Below are positions 1 to 9,505 of a stretch of DNA of 64,000 bases, piece after piece. This DNA is from Candidatus Latescibacterota bacterium (lineage in GTDB: Bacteria > Latescibacterota > UBA2968 > GCA-2709665). The notes under the pieces are model-generated. The model saw nothing but the letters and a program-made list of their open reading frames with translations, ran no database searches and was not told the origin of the DNA. The translations under genes and the position numbers were made by a program. Positions within the stretch are counted from its first letter, which is position 1. Every line of letters begins with the position of its first letter. The stretch spans positions 1,568,001 to 1,632,000 of the forward strand of contig OZ250150.1 of NCBI GenBank assembly GCA_965237675.1, given 5' to 3'.

Positions 1-1935
1 GATTTTGGAGTAAAATTCTTATTTATTAATTTTCACGCCCTTTTTCTTGTACGCCCAAGAATCGGCTGGAAGCAAGAGGGAAGACGTGGGAAGGGTTGGT
101 AACATTGTCGGATGACACCCCCGCACAATGGCTTGTCGAGCCGTTGAGGAATCGTGTGTGAAGGTGGGGCAGACATTCCTGTCTGCCCTTCTCATTGTCC
201 TTCTGCCGGAATGCAGACAGAAGAAAGGGTTGCGCCGCCGTCGCATTTGTAGGGGCAACCCTTGTGGTTGCCCACGTTGTGAATTTGGAGTAAAATTCTT
301 ATTTATTATTTTTCACGCCCTTTTTCTTGTACGCCCAAGAAAAAGGGCCAAAAAGAACGGCGCCGCTCAAACGCCGCGGGGCTGCTTTTCCGCGAAACCC
401 CTCAACAGTGTCGACAGGCTTTGGTGCCCTTCGTCCCTTCCATCCGTTCCTGAACCATGGCGTTGGACGGATTAGCGCGGAAAAACCCCGTCACCACCAC
501 CGGGCGGCCGTGAGGCAGATCGGGAAGGACCGCCACGCGGTATGGCTTCGAACCGCAGGTGTCGTATTTTGCTACATCTGGAAGGGCGGGCGTAGCGCCG
601 TCGTTGGAATTGTAGGGGCAACCCTTGTGGTTGCCCACGAAATGGCGCAGACATCGCTGGTCGACATCGCCAGGCCGCATCGCTAACCGATGTTAGCCAA
701 TCGCTATACGCCCACAGCCGATCGCGGGACGTTGGTCGACGTACGGTATCTGTAGGGGCGACCGGCGGGTCGCCCTTACAAAAACGAAATATCTGTGAAT
801 CTCTATCGCCGGTTCGTATCGCTAACCGCTGAATTTTAATTAAATTCTTATTTATTATTTTTCACGCCCTTTTTCTTGTACGCCCCAAGAAAAAGGGCCA
901 AAAAGAACGGCGCCGCTCAAACGCCGCGGGGCTGCTTTTCCGCAAATCGCCTCAATAGTGTCGACAGGCTTTGGTGCCCTTTGTCCCTTCCATCCGTTCC
1001 TGAACCATGGTGGTGGACGGATTAGCGCGGAAAAGCCCCGTCACCCCAACCGGGCGGGCGTGAGGCAGATCGGGAAGGACCGCCACGCGGTATGGCTTCG
1101 AACCGCAGGTGTCGCATTTTGCGACATCTGGAAGCGCGGGCGTAGCGCCGTCGTTGCATTTGTAGGGGCGACCCTTGTGGTTGCCCCTGTCACGGTGCTG
1201 ACATCGTAACGGGATTTCTAAGGTTTAACGCTGACCGCTGTCAGCTCGTCATTGGAAAGCCAGTCGGTTCTCGATCGCGAGCCCTGTCCGGAGGACCACC
1301 AGAGCAGAGCGCGCTATTCCGTTCATCTCGGAGATCGGGTACCCGCCCTCGCTGGTAGGGCAACGGGTCGTGTGCATCCTGTGAGGGTGTTCGCGCTGTG
1401 CATAAGTACGGCCCCGCGCCCAGCGGCGACTTTTAAAAGCGGTAAGAAGCAAGAGGCAAGAAGGGAAAAGGGTTAGTAACTTTGTCATATGAAACCCTCT
1501 GAACCGGAGTCTCGCTAACTGGAAAATAGAAGTGGATCGCGAAAGAGGGCGCGTAACCGGTGGGCGGCGGAGTGGCCTTCTCACCTCTACCGTCTTACGT
1601 CTCACGGTTTCAAGGAACCCTCCGGAGGCAAGGAATTTGGGGAGAGGTTGTGATTTTGGAGTTAAATTCTTATTTATTAATTTTCACGCCCTTTTTCTTG
1701 TACGCCCAAGAAAAAGGGCCAAAAAGAACGGCGCCGCTCAAACGCCGCGGGGCTGCTTTTCCGCGAAACCCCTCAACAGTGTCGACAGGCTTTGGTGCCC
1801 TTCGTCCCTTCCATCCGTTCCTGAACCATGGCGTTGGACGGATTAGCGCGGAAAAGCCCCGTCACCACCACCGGGCGGCCGAGGGATTAAACTTGAGGGG
1901 CCACAAGGCGGGCGGTTCGCGAACCGCCCCTACGA
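1..1935. repeat. Mosaic of nested dispersed repeats: three full structured-element copies (318-510, 867-1060, 1689-1881), a truncated copy (1-61) and GTAG-type REP hairpins
   Basis: Near-identical blocks CCCTTTTTCTTGTACGCCCAAGAAAAAGGG...CGGGCGGCCG. REP hairpins GTAGGGGCAACCCTTGTGGTTGCCC at ~248, ~612, ~1162, variants at ~752 and ~1910-1934 (reverse). The ORFs here are repeat translations. Confidence 0.85.
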
Positions 1936-2030
1936 AAACCTGACATCCGCGATATCGATGTCGCCAGGCCGGTATCGCTAACCCTCCCCCTCTCCTCGCA
2001 GGAGAGGGGGAGGGGGGAGAGGTTATCGAG

Positions 2031-2398
2031 ACCTACCCCCTAACCCCCTTCCTGAAGGAAGGGGGAACGGTGATCGTTCAATCTGTTGTGCTCGAGCTAG
2101 TGGCGAGATCGCGTATTCCAATCGATCAGAGCTTATATAACACAGCATTCACGAAACGTGTAGATTTACCCTCCCCCTTTCCTTTAGGAGAGGGGGCCGG
2201 GGGGAGAGGTTATCGAGACCTACCCCCTAACCCCCTTCCTGAGGGAAGGGGGAACGGTGATCGTTCAATCTGTTGTGCTCGAGCTAGTGGCGAGATCGCG
2301 TATTCCAATCGATCAGAGCTTATATAACACAGCATTCACGAAACGTGTAGATTAACCCTCCCCCTCTCCTCGCAGGAGAGGGGGCCGGGGGGAGAGGT
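2031..2398 (+). mobile_element. Two tandem (187-bp period) non-autonomous DUF559-element derivatives
   Basis: Each unit starts with left end ACCTACCCCCTAACCCCCTTCCTGAnGGAAGGGGGAA, contains TCCAATCGATCAGAGCTTATATAA (matches the 3' end of the DUF559 gene) and ends with right-end hairpin CTCCCCCTCTCCTCGCAGGAGAGGGGG...GAGAGGT. Confidence 0.75.
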
Positions 2399-2400
2399 CA

Positions 2401-2781
2401 ATGAAAAAATCCCGGCGAAATATCGTGATTGGTCAGCCTGTTGCGCTCGACAAAGTGAAGTTGGCGGGAAGTTTGCGGGCTCACATGACAGAAGAAGAAA
2501 AACAGCTCTGGCAGCACCTGCGTGCGAATCGGCTTGATGGCTTTCACTTTCGACGGCAACAAATCATCGATGGCTTTATTGTCGATTTCTACTGTCATTC
2601 GGTCGGTTTGGTAATTGAAGTCGACGGCGAGGTTCACCAGAATCAGGTGGCTTATGATGCAAAACGAGATGGTATTCTTACAGCGCGAGGATTACGAGTG
2701 ATGCGTATTTCGAATGTTGAAATCCGCACGAATTTGGGTGGCGTTCTCCAATCAATCAGAGCTTATATAAAACAGTGTTAA
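2401..2781 (+). CDS. DUF559 (Vsr-like) endonuclease domain protein
   Basis: Motifs MTEEEKQLWQHLR, FRRQQIIDGFIVDFYC, VIEVDGEVH, DAKRD; 126 aa. Confidence 0.92.
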   Translation: MKKSRRNIVIGQPVALDKVKLAGSLRAHMTEEEKQLWQHLRANRLDGFHFRRQQIIDGFIVDFYCHSVGLVIEVDGEVHQNQVAYDAKRDGILTARGLRVMRISNVEIRTNLGGVLQSIRAYIKQC

Positions 2782-3126
2782 CGCGCCGCTTAGTTCAGCT
2801 CCCCCTCTCCTCGCAGGAGAGGGGGCTGGGGGGAGAGGTCTCACAGTGTTAACGCGCCGCTTAGTTCAGCTCCCCCTCTCCTCGCAGGAGAGGGGGCTGG
2901 GGGGAGAGGTCTCACAGTGTTAACGCGCCGCTTAGTTCAACTCCCCCTCTCCTCGCAGGAGAGGGGGCTGGGGGGAGAGGTCTCATAGTGTTAACGCGCC
3001 GCTTAGTTCAACTCCCCCTCTCCTCGCAGGAGAGGGGGCTGGGGGGAGAGGTCTCACAGTGTTAACGCAACGCTTAGTTCAGCTCCCCCTCTCCTCGCAG
3101 GAGAGGGGGCTGGGGGGAAAGATCTC
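2772..3126 (+). repeat. Tandem array, 5 x 71 bp, of the DUF559-element right end
   Basis: Unit ACAGTGTTAACGCGCCGCTTAGTTCARCTCCCCCTCTCCTCGCAGGAGAGGGGGCTGGGGGGAGAGGTCTC starts at 2772, 2843, 2914, 2985, 3056. Confidence 0.95.
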
Positions 3127-3263
3127 ACCGCCGTTCGCTTTTTCCTTGATTTTTCCGGCGGTTTCGACCTATATTATTGATTAACAAATGTATTTAAAGA
3201 AAATACCCCTCCCCCGTCGGCCCAATCCCTCCTCCCCCAAACGCCGGGAAGGATGCGCACCCT

Positions 3264-3821
3264 ATGATCGAAATGTACGTGGTTGGCGTGGCGGTCGAAC
3301 CCAATACCAACCGGCCCCTCGTGTGGCTGAAAGATAAAGAGCAGCAGATTTTCCTGCCCATCTCCGTCGGCAATTTCGAAGCCACGGCCATTTACATGGC
3401 GCTATATGACGAGGAGACGCCCCGGCCGCCCACCTGCGAACTCCTGCGGTCAATTCTTGATGGGATGGGCGTCAAGGTCAAGCGGGTGCTCATCAGCGCG
3501 CTGAAAGAAGACGTGTTTTTCGCCGAGGTTCGGCTGGACGCCAACGGGAAGACCATCGGCGTGGATTCCCGGCCCAGCGACGCCCTCGCCCTGGCGCTCC
3601 GCACGGGCGCGCCGGTCTACGTTGAGGACCGGGTCGTCCAGGAGGCCGGGCTGCCCATTAATTCCTCTCTGGATATCGAGGTCGAGCAGGTGGAGGGGGG
3701 GATTTCCGAACGCGTGACCGCCCTCAAGGCGGAATTGAAGGAGGCCGTGGCCCGGGAGCAATACGAAGAGGCGGCCAGCCTCCGCGATGAAATCCAGCGC
3801 CTCAAGCATCAGATGCGGTGA
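3264..3821 (+). CDS. Bifunctional nuclease (DUF151/BFN) with C-terminal UVR domain
   Basis: LPISVGNFEATAI, DSRPSDALALALR, C-terminal AVAREQYEEAASLRDEI. Confidence 0.9.
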   Translation: MIEMYVVGVAVEPNTNRPLVWLKDKEQQIFLPISVGNFEATAIYMALYDEETPRPPTCELLRSILDGMGVKVKRVLISALKEDVFFAEVRLDANGKTIGVDSRPSDALALALRTGAPVYVEDRVVQEAGLPINSSLDIEVEQVEGGISERVTALKAELKEAVAREQYEEAASLRDEIQRLKHQMR

Positions 3822-4002
3822 TCGGGGCGCCGTTGTTCGTTTCTCGCGCATTTGTCACGCCTTTTGGTTTTGATCCCGTTTAATCGTTTTCTAATCCTGT
3901 TAATCCTGGTCGGTTTTGGGCCTTTAATCCTGCTAATCCTGGTCGGTTTTGGGGCCGTTCGGCATTGTTGTTTTTGCGTGAAGAATAAAGTACAAAAAAC
4001 AC

Positions 4003-4031
4003 TTGACAGCCCGTTTAGTGTTGCGTATACT
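4003..4031 (+). promoter_or_regulatory. Near-consensus sigma70 promoter for the surface-protein operon
   Basis: TTGACA-17 bp-TATACT preceded by an A-rich UP-like tract. Confidence 0.8.
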
Positions 4032-4462
4032 TAGGAACCTGTTTGACGCCATAAATGGCGGTCGAAGGGCGGAATTGGCCGAATTCACGGCTGTTTTCAT
4101 CGACTATCGGAACCGGGTTGTTGAAATCTCATCACACAAAAGTAACGCGTCAACTGTGCTATCTCTGGCATGTGGGAGACGGAGGGGGTGGCTTTCGTGC
4201 ATTTAAAAGGAGGTGTTACAGGACCGATTGCTTACACGGGTTCAACCTAAATCGATAGTCACACTTAAGTTGTTGCAGGCCAGGCATTTTGAATTTTCCG
4301 ACAGAAGGGAGGAACGCCATTACAGCTAAATATTACAACTCTTCGGACTACAGGCATCCCCCCCGCGAGGTGCCAGAGTTGTTAAAGAGGTTGCTTTACG
4401 GCGCAGCAAGGCAGGTTTACGGTAGGTTTTTCGAAGCGTCCTGTTTCATAAGGAGGTTGGTA

Positions 4463-7400
4463 ATGCAGTTAAAAACGGTTTCAAGTCTTGGTTTGGCATT
4501 TCTGCTGGTTGTTGGAGTGGTCGGCGTGGCCTCGGCTCAGGTTGAGGTGGCCGCCACGCAGGGTATTTTAATTCGCGTCGACGCACCGAAAGCCAACGAA
4601 TGGGTCGCGATCGGCGATACGATCAGAGTCCGGATCCTGTGCTACGAAGACCGGCTCGAAGGTGGTTTCCGGATTGCGGTGGTTGATTCCGGCGTTGCCG
4701 ACGCCGGCATCGGAAGCTCTGAAGATGTGGCAGGGAAGATTTATTACAATATTGCTTCAGACGACAACGATCAGGTGAGATCGGGAACCGGTTCCGGCGT
4801 TGACACCTTCGAGGTCAAGATCGGGATTGTCGCCAACACCGTTCCCGCGGAGAATTTTGAGAGCGCCAGCAACCACGCATTGAAGGTTGTGGTCTCTCCA
4901 ACCGCGGCCGTCGACGGACCTCTGAACAACCTGATGAGGAACCGGAAGATCACGCCCGCCACAGCCGGTTTCGGCGCCACCCGCGTGGGTGACGGGAAGC
5001 TCTTCGGCGTCGACGCCGAACGCCCGATTCACGGCGATGTATTTGAGAGTATCGACCTGGATCTGGGCAGGTTAAACACCGTACTGGTCGATACGTCGAG
5101 GGCCGCCGATCTCACCGACATCGGCCAAGAGCCCTACATCCGGGAGATCCGGATTGTCACCGACCAGGTATTCAGAGCGGTGCTGAATCTGAGTACCTCG
5201 CAAATTCTCAACGCCAGGGCAGACAGGATCGAAGTCGGTCTCGCGCCCGTCGACTCGATTGCGCGCTATGAGTTAGAGATAGCGGATGGTGGCCTTGGTT
5301 TGAGCTCGGAAGTGGCGAATGCCGCCGCTTTCAAGGACGATGCGCGGGTAAAAATCGCGCTGCGCGGGGACAGGCTGTACAGCCCGAATCCGAGCGTTGA
5401 TATGAAAATCGAAGCGGGACAGTTTGCGGATAACGAGCGGCTCGAACTTTTCGCCTATCTCGTGGACGTCGCCGGTAACGTGGGCGGTACGGCTGCTGCG
5501 CCCGCCGCTGCCGATTGGAGAACCCTCCACGGCACCGACGGTGAGCTCCTAGCCGAAGTGGGAACTCTTACAACCGCAGCCGGTCCGGACGACAACACAG
5601 ACATTCCGATTATCGGCGACGCGACCGCGCCCAAGATCACGATTAATTATCCCAATCCGGACAGTCTCGCGGCCGGAACGCACGATCCTCTGATCACGGC
5701 GGCAATCACGCAGATGATTACCAATTATACGCCGTTGCCGGGTGAGGCGTCGGGCATAAACACGCGCGATTTGAATCCGCTCGTGATCAAACTCAGCGAA
5801 GCGCCGAGTAAGATCACGATCAAACACGCCGACAGTACGCTTACACTGAACCCCTTCACTGGCGATGATCCCGCCACCGAAGAACCAGAAGATGACTTCC
5901 CCTTGGATCCCACCGGCGGCGATTTAGTGGCCACGGTGGACTTCCTCAACGATACCCCCGAAGGCAACGGATGGTACAAGGTAGATAGCGGAACCGGCGC
6001 CGTGGCGGGTATCGCGAAAGGGAAGTACGAAGCCAAGGGCGGAACGTCCGGGGACATCGTGATCACGGTCTGGGACAGCCTGAACAACAAGTCCGAGATG
6101 ACGCTCGAGGGCATCACGCTCGACGGAAATACCCCGGGGATCGACAATTTGTTCCCCACGGATAAGACCGCGCCCAAAGACGCGGACAACGAGGACGCGC
6201 CCACCATCGACCCGGTCACCAGGAACCCGGTCTTCATAATCAACGAAGAGCTGGACTCGCTGTCCATACGTTATCATGAGGCGGGCGGCGGAACGGCCAT
6301 TGTGCAGGCCTACGGTCCGGGCAACGCCAGGCTGGAGACGGTTGGCAGTCTGGTCGACTGGCCGGTGAACGATACCACCTTCATCGATCGCCAGAGGTAC
6401 GATCTGGAAGTGCTGGCGTTCGACCTCGCGGGCAACGCCTTCGCGAAGGAGGGCGGTACGCTCACGTTCAAAGACGTCTTTATGAATCCGGACGCCGATA
6501 TGTTCATGGTTGTGCCGGATGCAGCCCTGAAAGAGAAACAGGTTGCCGGCGTGGACTACGCCATCGCGTTGTCCGTGCTCGACACAACGCTGACACGTGC
6601 CGAAAAGGCACAAGATAGTGACGCCGCCGACGTTCGGGCGGTAACCTATCACACGCCGTCGGCACTGGCCGCGATCGTTTCCGGCGACCAGGCCGAAGCG
6701 CTTGAAGGCGCGAGCTTCAGCGGCACCGGCGTGTCTGCGGCGCCCTCGTTCGCGCTTCCTGCCGAGTTGGCCGCCGCGGGCATGGTGGCGAAGGCCGCCA
6801 TCCTGGACGGCGACGGTTGGCACGCGGGTACGCGGACCGTCAAGTTCAAGTCCGAGAAGCCGCTCACGGGCGTGCAACTGATGGCGGCCGAGGGCTCCCT
6901 CGATCCCGCCACCGGCGCCTACACGCTGCGTATCAGCGGAATGGCTGCCAAGCCGATCGACGTCCAGATCGCGGAATTCTCCAAGTTCGCCCTCACGTCC
7001 ATGGAGGGTGAGATGTCAACCAACAACGTGGCCGGCTCCTTTACGGTCAGCGTTGTGCCGACCGACGCGTTCGGAAACCCCAGTTTGAGGATTGACAACA
7101 ATACGGGTGCGAAGGATTACACATCGATTTCATTCACCTTCGCTTCCAGCAACGCCGCGGTGACGGTGCCCTCCGGTCAGCAGATGGTGACCAGCCTCGA
7201 AGGGTCCATGTACGGCGCGGTGGCTGCCGACGTTGGCGGCAGCGCGACGGTCAGCGTCAGGACGATTGTTGATACCTACGTAACCGGCGCTTTACAAGCT
7301 TTACAAGCAGATTCACCTGAGGATGTAGAAGATAAGACCGGCGCACTCGTGGGCAGCGTTGCAGTCAACATCGTGTCCGACGACGGTACCGGACCGGATC

Positions 7401-9394
7401 CGGGCGCGCCGGCTGCTCCTGCCAACATCGTGGTCCAGGACTACCTGGGCGCGGACGGTTCGGGCGACCAGGGCGGCATTGTAAAGATTACCTTCCCGAA
7501 CTCGTCGCAACATGACGCCGTGTCCCACTACCAGATCTCAAGGGAAATCGACTCGACCACCGGTCTGGATGACGAAGGCAACGTGGTTGAGCTCGAAGAG
7601 CCCGTGAAGGCGTGGGTGGCCTGGACGAGCGTCAGCTTCGCCGCCGATGCAGGCGACGAGATGGGCGACGCGGGCGGCGACATGCAGAACGTTATCGTCC
7701 CGGCGCTGGACAACGTGGCCACCAACTGGGGCGTTACGGCGGTTAGCGGCGCGGGCTCCTCCGACCAGACCACGGCCAGCAAGCGCGTGTTCACGAAGGA
7801 GAGCGTGGAGCAAGCCCTGCAACTGCTGGGTATGGCGCCCGAGGCGGTTCTGACGGACGACGAACTGATGGCTCAGTTCAACGCTCCCGAAGACTACGTC
7901 AAGTCCCTCATCGGCGATCAGAAGAACGTCATCTTCGCGCCGGTCAATCCCGACGTGAGCGCGCTGATGGGCAGCACCTCGGTACCGGCCAACATCCGTA
8001 CGGCCGGCCATATCTCCGCGGGCAGTTTCCTGTCGTCCGCTCGCACGGTTACCGAGGAGCCTGTCGCAGCCGTTGACAACATCGCTCCCGCCGCAGTCAC
8101 CGACGCTTCCGGCGACGGTGCGGGCGGTGTGGTGTTGAGTTGGACGGGGTCCGCCAGTGAGGGGACCGTGGGTTCCATTCCTTATCGCGGATACAACATC
8201 CCAATCCTGGGTGTCAGCGGCTACAAGGTGCTGAGAGGCACGTCTGCCGACGACCTCGAGGAGATTGCGAGCCTCGATCCGGGTTCGACGCAGTTCAGGG
8301 ACGACAATGTGCCTGATGGGGCCGGTTCCCTCGTGTATCGGATCGACGCGTATGACGACAACAACGTGGCGATGGGCGAATTGATCGCGGTCGAGAATAT
8401 CTCGGTCCGTGTGAGCTTCGTCGATGCCAACGGCGATCCGGTCTACCTCATTGCGCTGCCGTCGCAGGGCGGCAACCTGGAGGTTGACTTCGAAGACTTC
8501 GTCGCCTTTGCGCAGGCTTTCAACAGCCGGAAGGGCGATGCCAACTACAATCCGCAGGCCGACGTCAACGACGACGGCACGGTGGACTTCTCCGACTTCG
8601 TAACGGCGGCCAGGTCCTACGGTCTTACGGCAGTGGTTCCGGCAGGCAGCAAGCTGGCGATCGCTCCGCAGCGCCCGGGCGTGAACGCCGATACGGAGAT
8701 GACCCTCGAACTGACCAGCGAGACGGTGAAGGTTGGCGAGACGATCTCGGTGACGGTATCCATGGCCAATGCCAGGCAGTTGAACGGCTTCGGTCTGGAA
8801 CTGAAGTATGACGCCGAGAAGTTCGAATTCGTCAGCGCCGTTCCCGCTGAAGACGATCTGTTGAAATCCCAGGGTGGCGAGACGCCGCTGTTCAAGAACT
8901 GGCCGGAAGAGGGCCGGGTCTCGGTGGTCAACGCCATTATCGAGGCGGGTTCCGTGAGCGGCGAGGGTGCGCTTGTGACCTTCACGTTCAAGGTTCTGCG
9001 GGAGTTTGAGGACAACGCCCGGTTCGAGATCGCACAGGGCGTGGTCTTCGATCCCGATCAGCTACAGAACCCGGTGGTGTCGCTCGGTGCGCTGGACGTG
9101 CAGAGCACGCCCACCGAGTTCGCGCTGCACCAGAACTTCCCGAACCCGTTCAACCCTCAAACCAACATTCCGTATGACCTGGCTGAAAACGGCGACGTGG
9201 TTCTGCGGATCTACAACCTGCTGGGCCAGGAGGTGCGCACGCTGGTGCGTGAGCGCCAGCCCGCCGGTCGCTACACGGTGCAGTGGAGCGGAATGGACGA
9301 CCGTGGCGTCTCGGTTTCGAGTGGAATTTACTTCTATCAGGTCTCGGTTGCCGGTAAGTTCCAGGATGCCAAGCGGTTGATGTTGCTCAAGTAG
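4463..9394 (+). CDS. Large secreted surface protein (~1643 aa): Ig-like region, dockerin-like EF-hand pair, cohesin-like domain, FlgD-Ig/T9SS-type C-terminal sorting domain
   Basis: RBS AGGAGG before ATG 4463; signal peptide ending VASA; DFEDFVAFAQAF...DVNDDGTVDFSDF; ETVKVGETISVTV...FGLELKYDAEKFEFVSA; LHQNFPNPFNPQT...SSGIYFY...LMLLK. Confidence 0.85.
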   Translation: MQLKTVSSLGLAFLLVVGVVGVASAQVEVAATQGILIRVDAPKANEWVAIGDTIRVRILCYEDRLEGGFRIAVVDSGVADAGIGSSEDVAGKIYYNIASDDNDQVRSGTGSGVDTFEVKIGIVANTVPAENFESASNHALKVVVSPTAAVDGPLNNLMRNRKITPATAGFGATRVGDGKLFGVDAERPIHGDVFESIDLDLGRLNTVLVDTSRAADLTDIGQEPYIREIRIVTDQVFRAVLNLSTSQILNARADRIEVGLAPVDSIARYELEIADGGLGLSSEVANAAAFKDDARVKIALRGDRLYSPNPSVDMKIEAGQFADNERLELFAYLVDVAGNVGGTAAAPAAADWRTLHGTDGELLAEVGTLTTAAGPDDNTDIPIIGDATAPKITINYPNPDSLAAGTHDPLITAAITQMITNYTPLPGEASGINTRDLNPLVIKLSEAPSKITIKHADSTLTLNPFTGDDPATEEPEDDFPLDPTGGDLVATVDFLNDTPEGNGWYKVDSGTGAVAGIAKGKYEAKGGTSGDIVITVWDSLNNKSEMTLEGITLDGNTPGIDNLFPTDKTAPKDADNEDAPTIDPVTRNPVFIINEELDSLSIRYHEAGGGTAIVQAYGPGNARLETVGSLVDWPVNDTTFIDRQRYDLEVLAFDLAGNAFAKEGGTLTFKDVFMNPDADMFMVVPDAALKEKQVAGVDYAIALSVLDTTLTRAEKAQDSDAADVRAVTYHTPSALAAIVSGDQAEALEGASFSGTGVSAAPSFALPAELAAAGMVAKAAILDGDGWHAGTRTVKFKSEKPLTGVQLMAAEGSLDPATGAYTLRISGMAAKPIDVQIAEFSKFALTSMEGEMSTNNVAGSFTVSVVPTDAFGNPSLRIDNNTGAKDYTSISFTFASSNAAVTVPSGQQMVTSLEGSMYGAVAADVGGSATVSVRTIVDTYVTGALQALQADSPEDVEDKTGALVGSVAVNIVSDDGTGPDPGAPAAPANIVVQDYLGADGSGDQGGIVKITFPNSSQHDAVSHYQISREIDSTTGLDDEGNVVELEEPVKAWVAWTSVSFAADAGDEMGDAGGDMQNVIVPALDNVATNWGVTAVSGAGSSDQTTASKRVFTKESVEQALQLLGMAPEAVLTDDELMAQFNAPEDYVKSLIGDQKNVIFAPVNPDVSALMGSTSVPANIRTAGHISAGSFLSSARTVTEEPVAAVDNIAPAAVTDASGDGAGGVVLSWTGSASEGTVGSIPYRGYNIPILGVSGYKVLRGTSADDLEEIASLDPGSTQFRDDNVPDGAGSLVYRIDAYDDNNVAMGELIAVENISVRVSFVDANGDPVYLIALPSQGGNLEVDFEDFVAFAQAFNSRKGDANYNPQADVNDDGTVDFSDFVTAARSYGLTAVVPAGSKLAIAPQRPGVNADTEMTLELTSETVKVGETISVTVSMANARQLNGFGLELKYDAEKFEFVSAVPAEDDLLKSQGGETPLFKNWPEEGRVSVVNAIIEAGSVSGEGALVTFTFKVLREFEDNARFEIAQGVVFDPDQLQNPVVSLGALDVQSTPTEFALHQNFPNPFNPQTNIPYDLAENGDVVLRIYNLLGQEVRTLVRERQPAGRYTVQWSGMDDRGVSVSSGIYFYQVSVAGKFQDAKRLMLLK

Positions 9395-9505
9395 TCAGGA
9401 AGCGTATGGGAGGTTCCCCCGGGAGCCTCCCATACTTAACGTTTTCCTTCTGGAGCGAGCATTAAATCCTGGAGCGAAACACACACACCGAGAAGGAGAA
9501 GCGCG

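Noticed and set aside
19-2327. Short ORFs in the first repeat mosaic (also 11054-13269, 24615-25394, 37327-37817)
   Set aside because: They are translations of repeat DNA that recur in several frames, with no protein motifs other than the RAYT remnants.
2772-3126. CRISPR array
   Set aside because: Units are near-identical over their whole length, there are no unique spacers, and no cas genes are visible.
4289-4462. N-terminal extension of the surface protein from TTG 4289
   Set aside because: RBS and signal peptide support ATG 4463. Similar over-long starts were trimmed for other genes.
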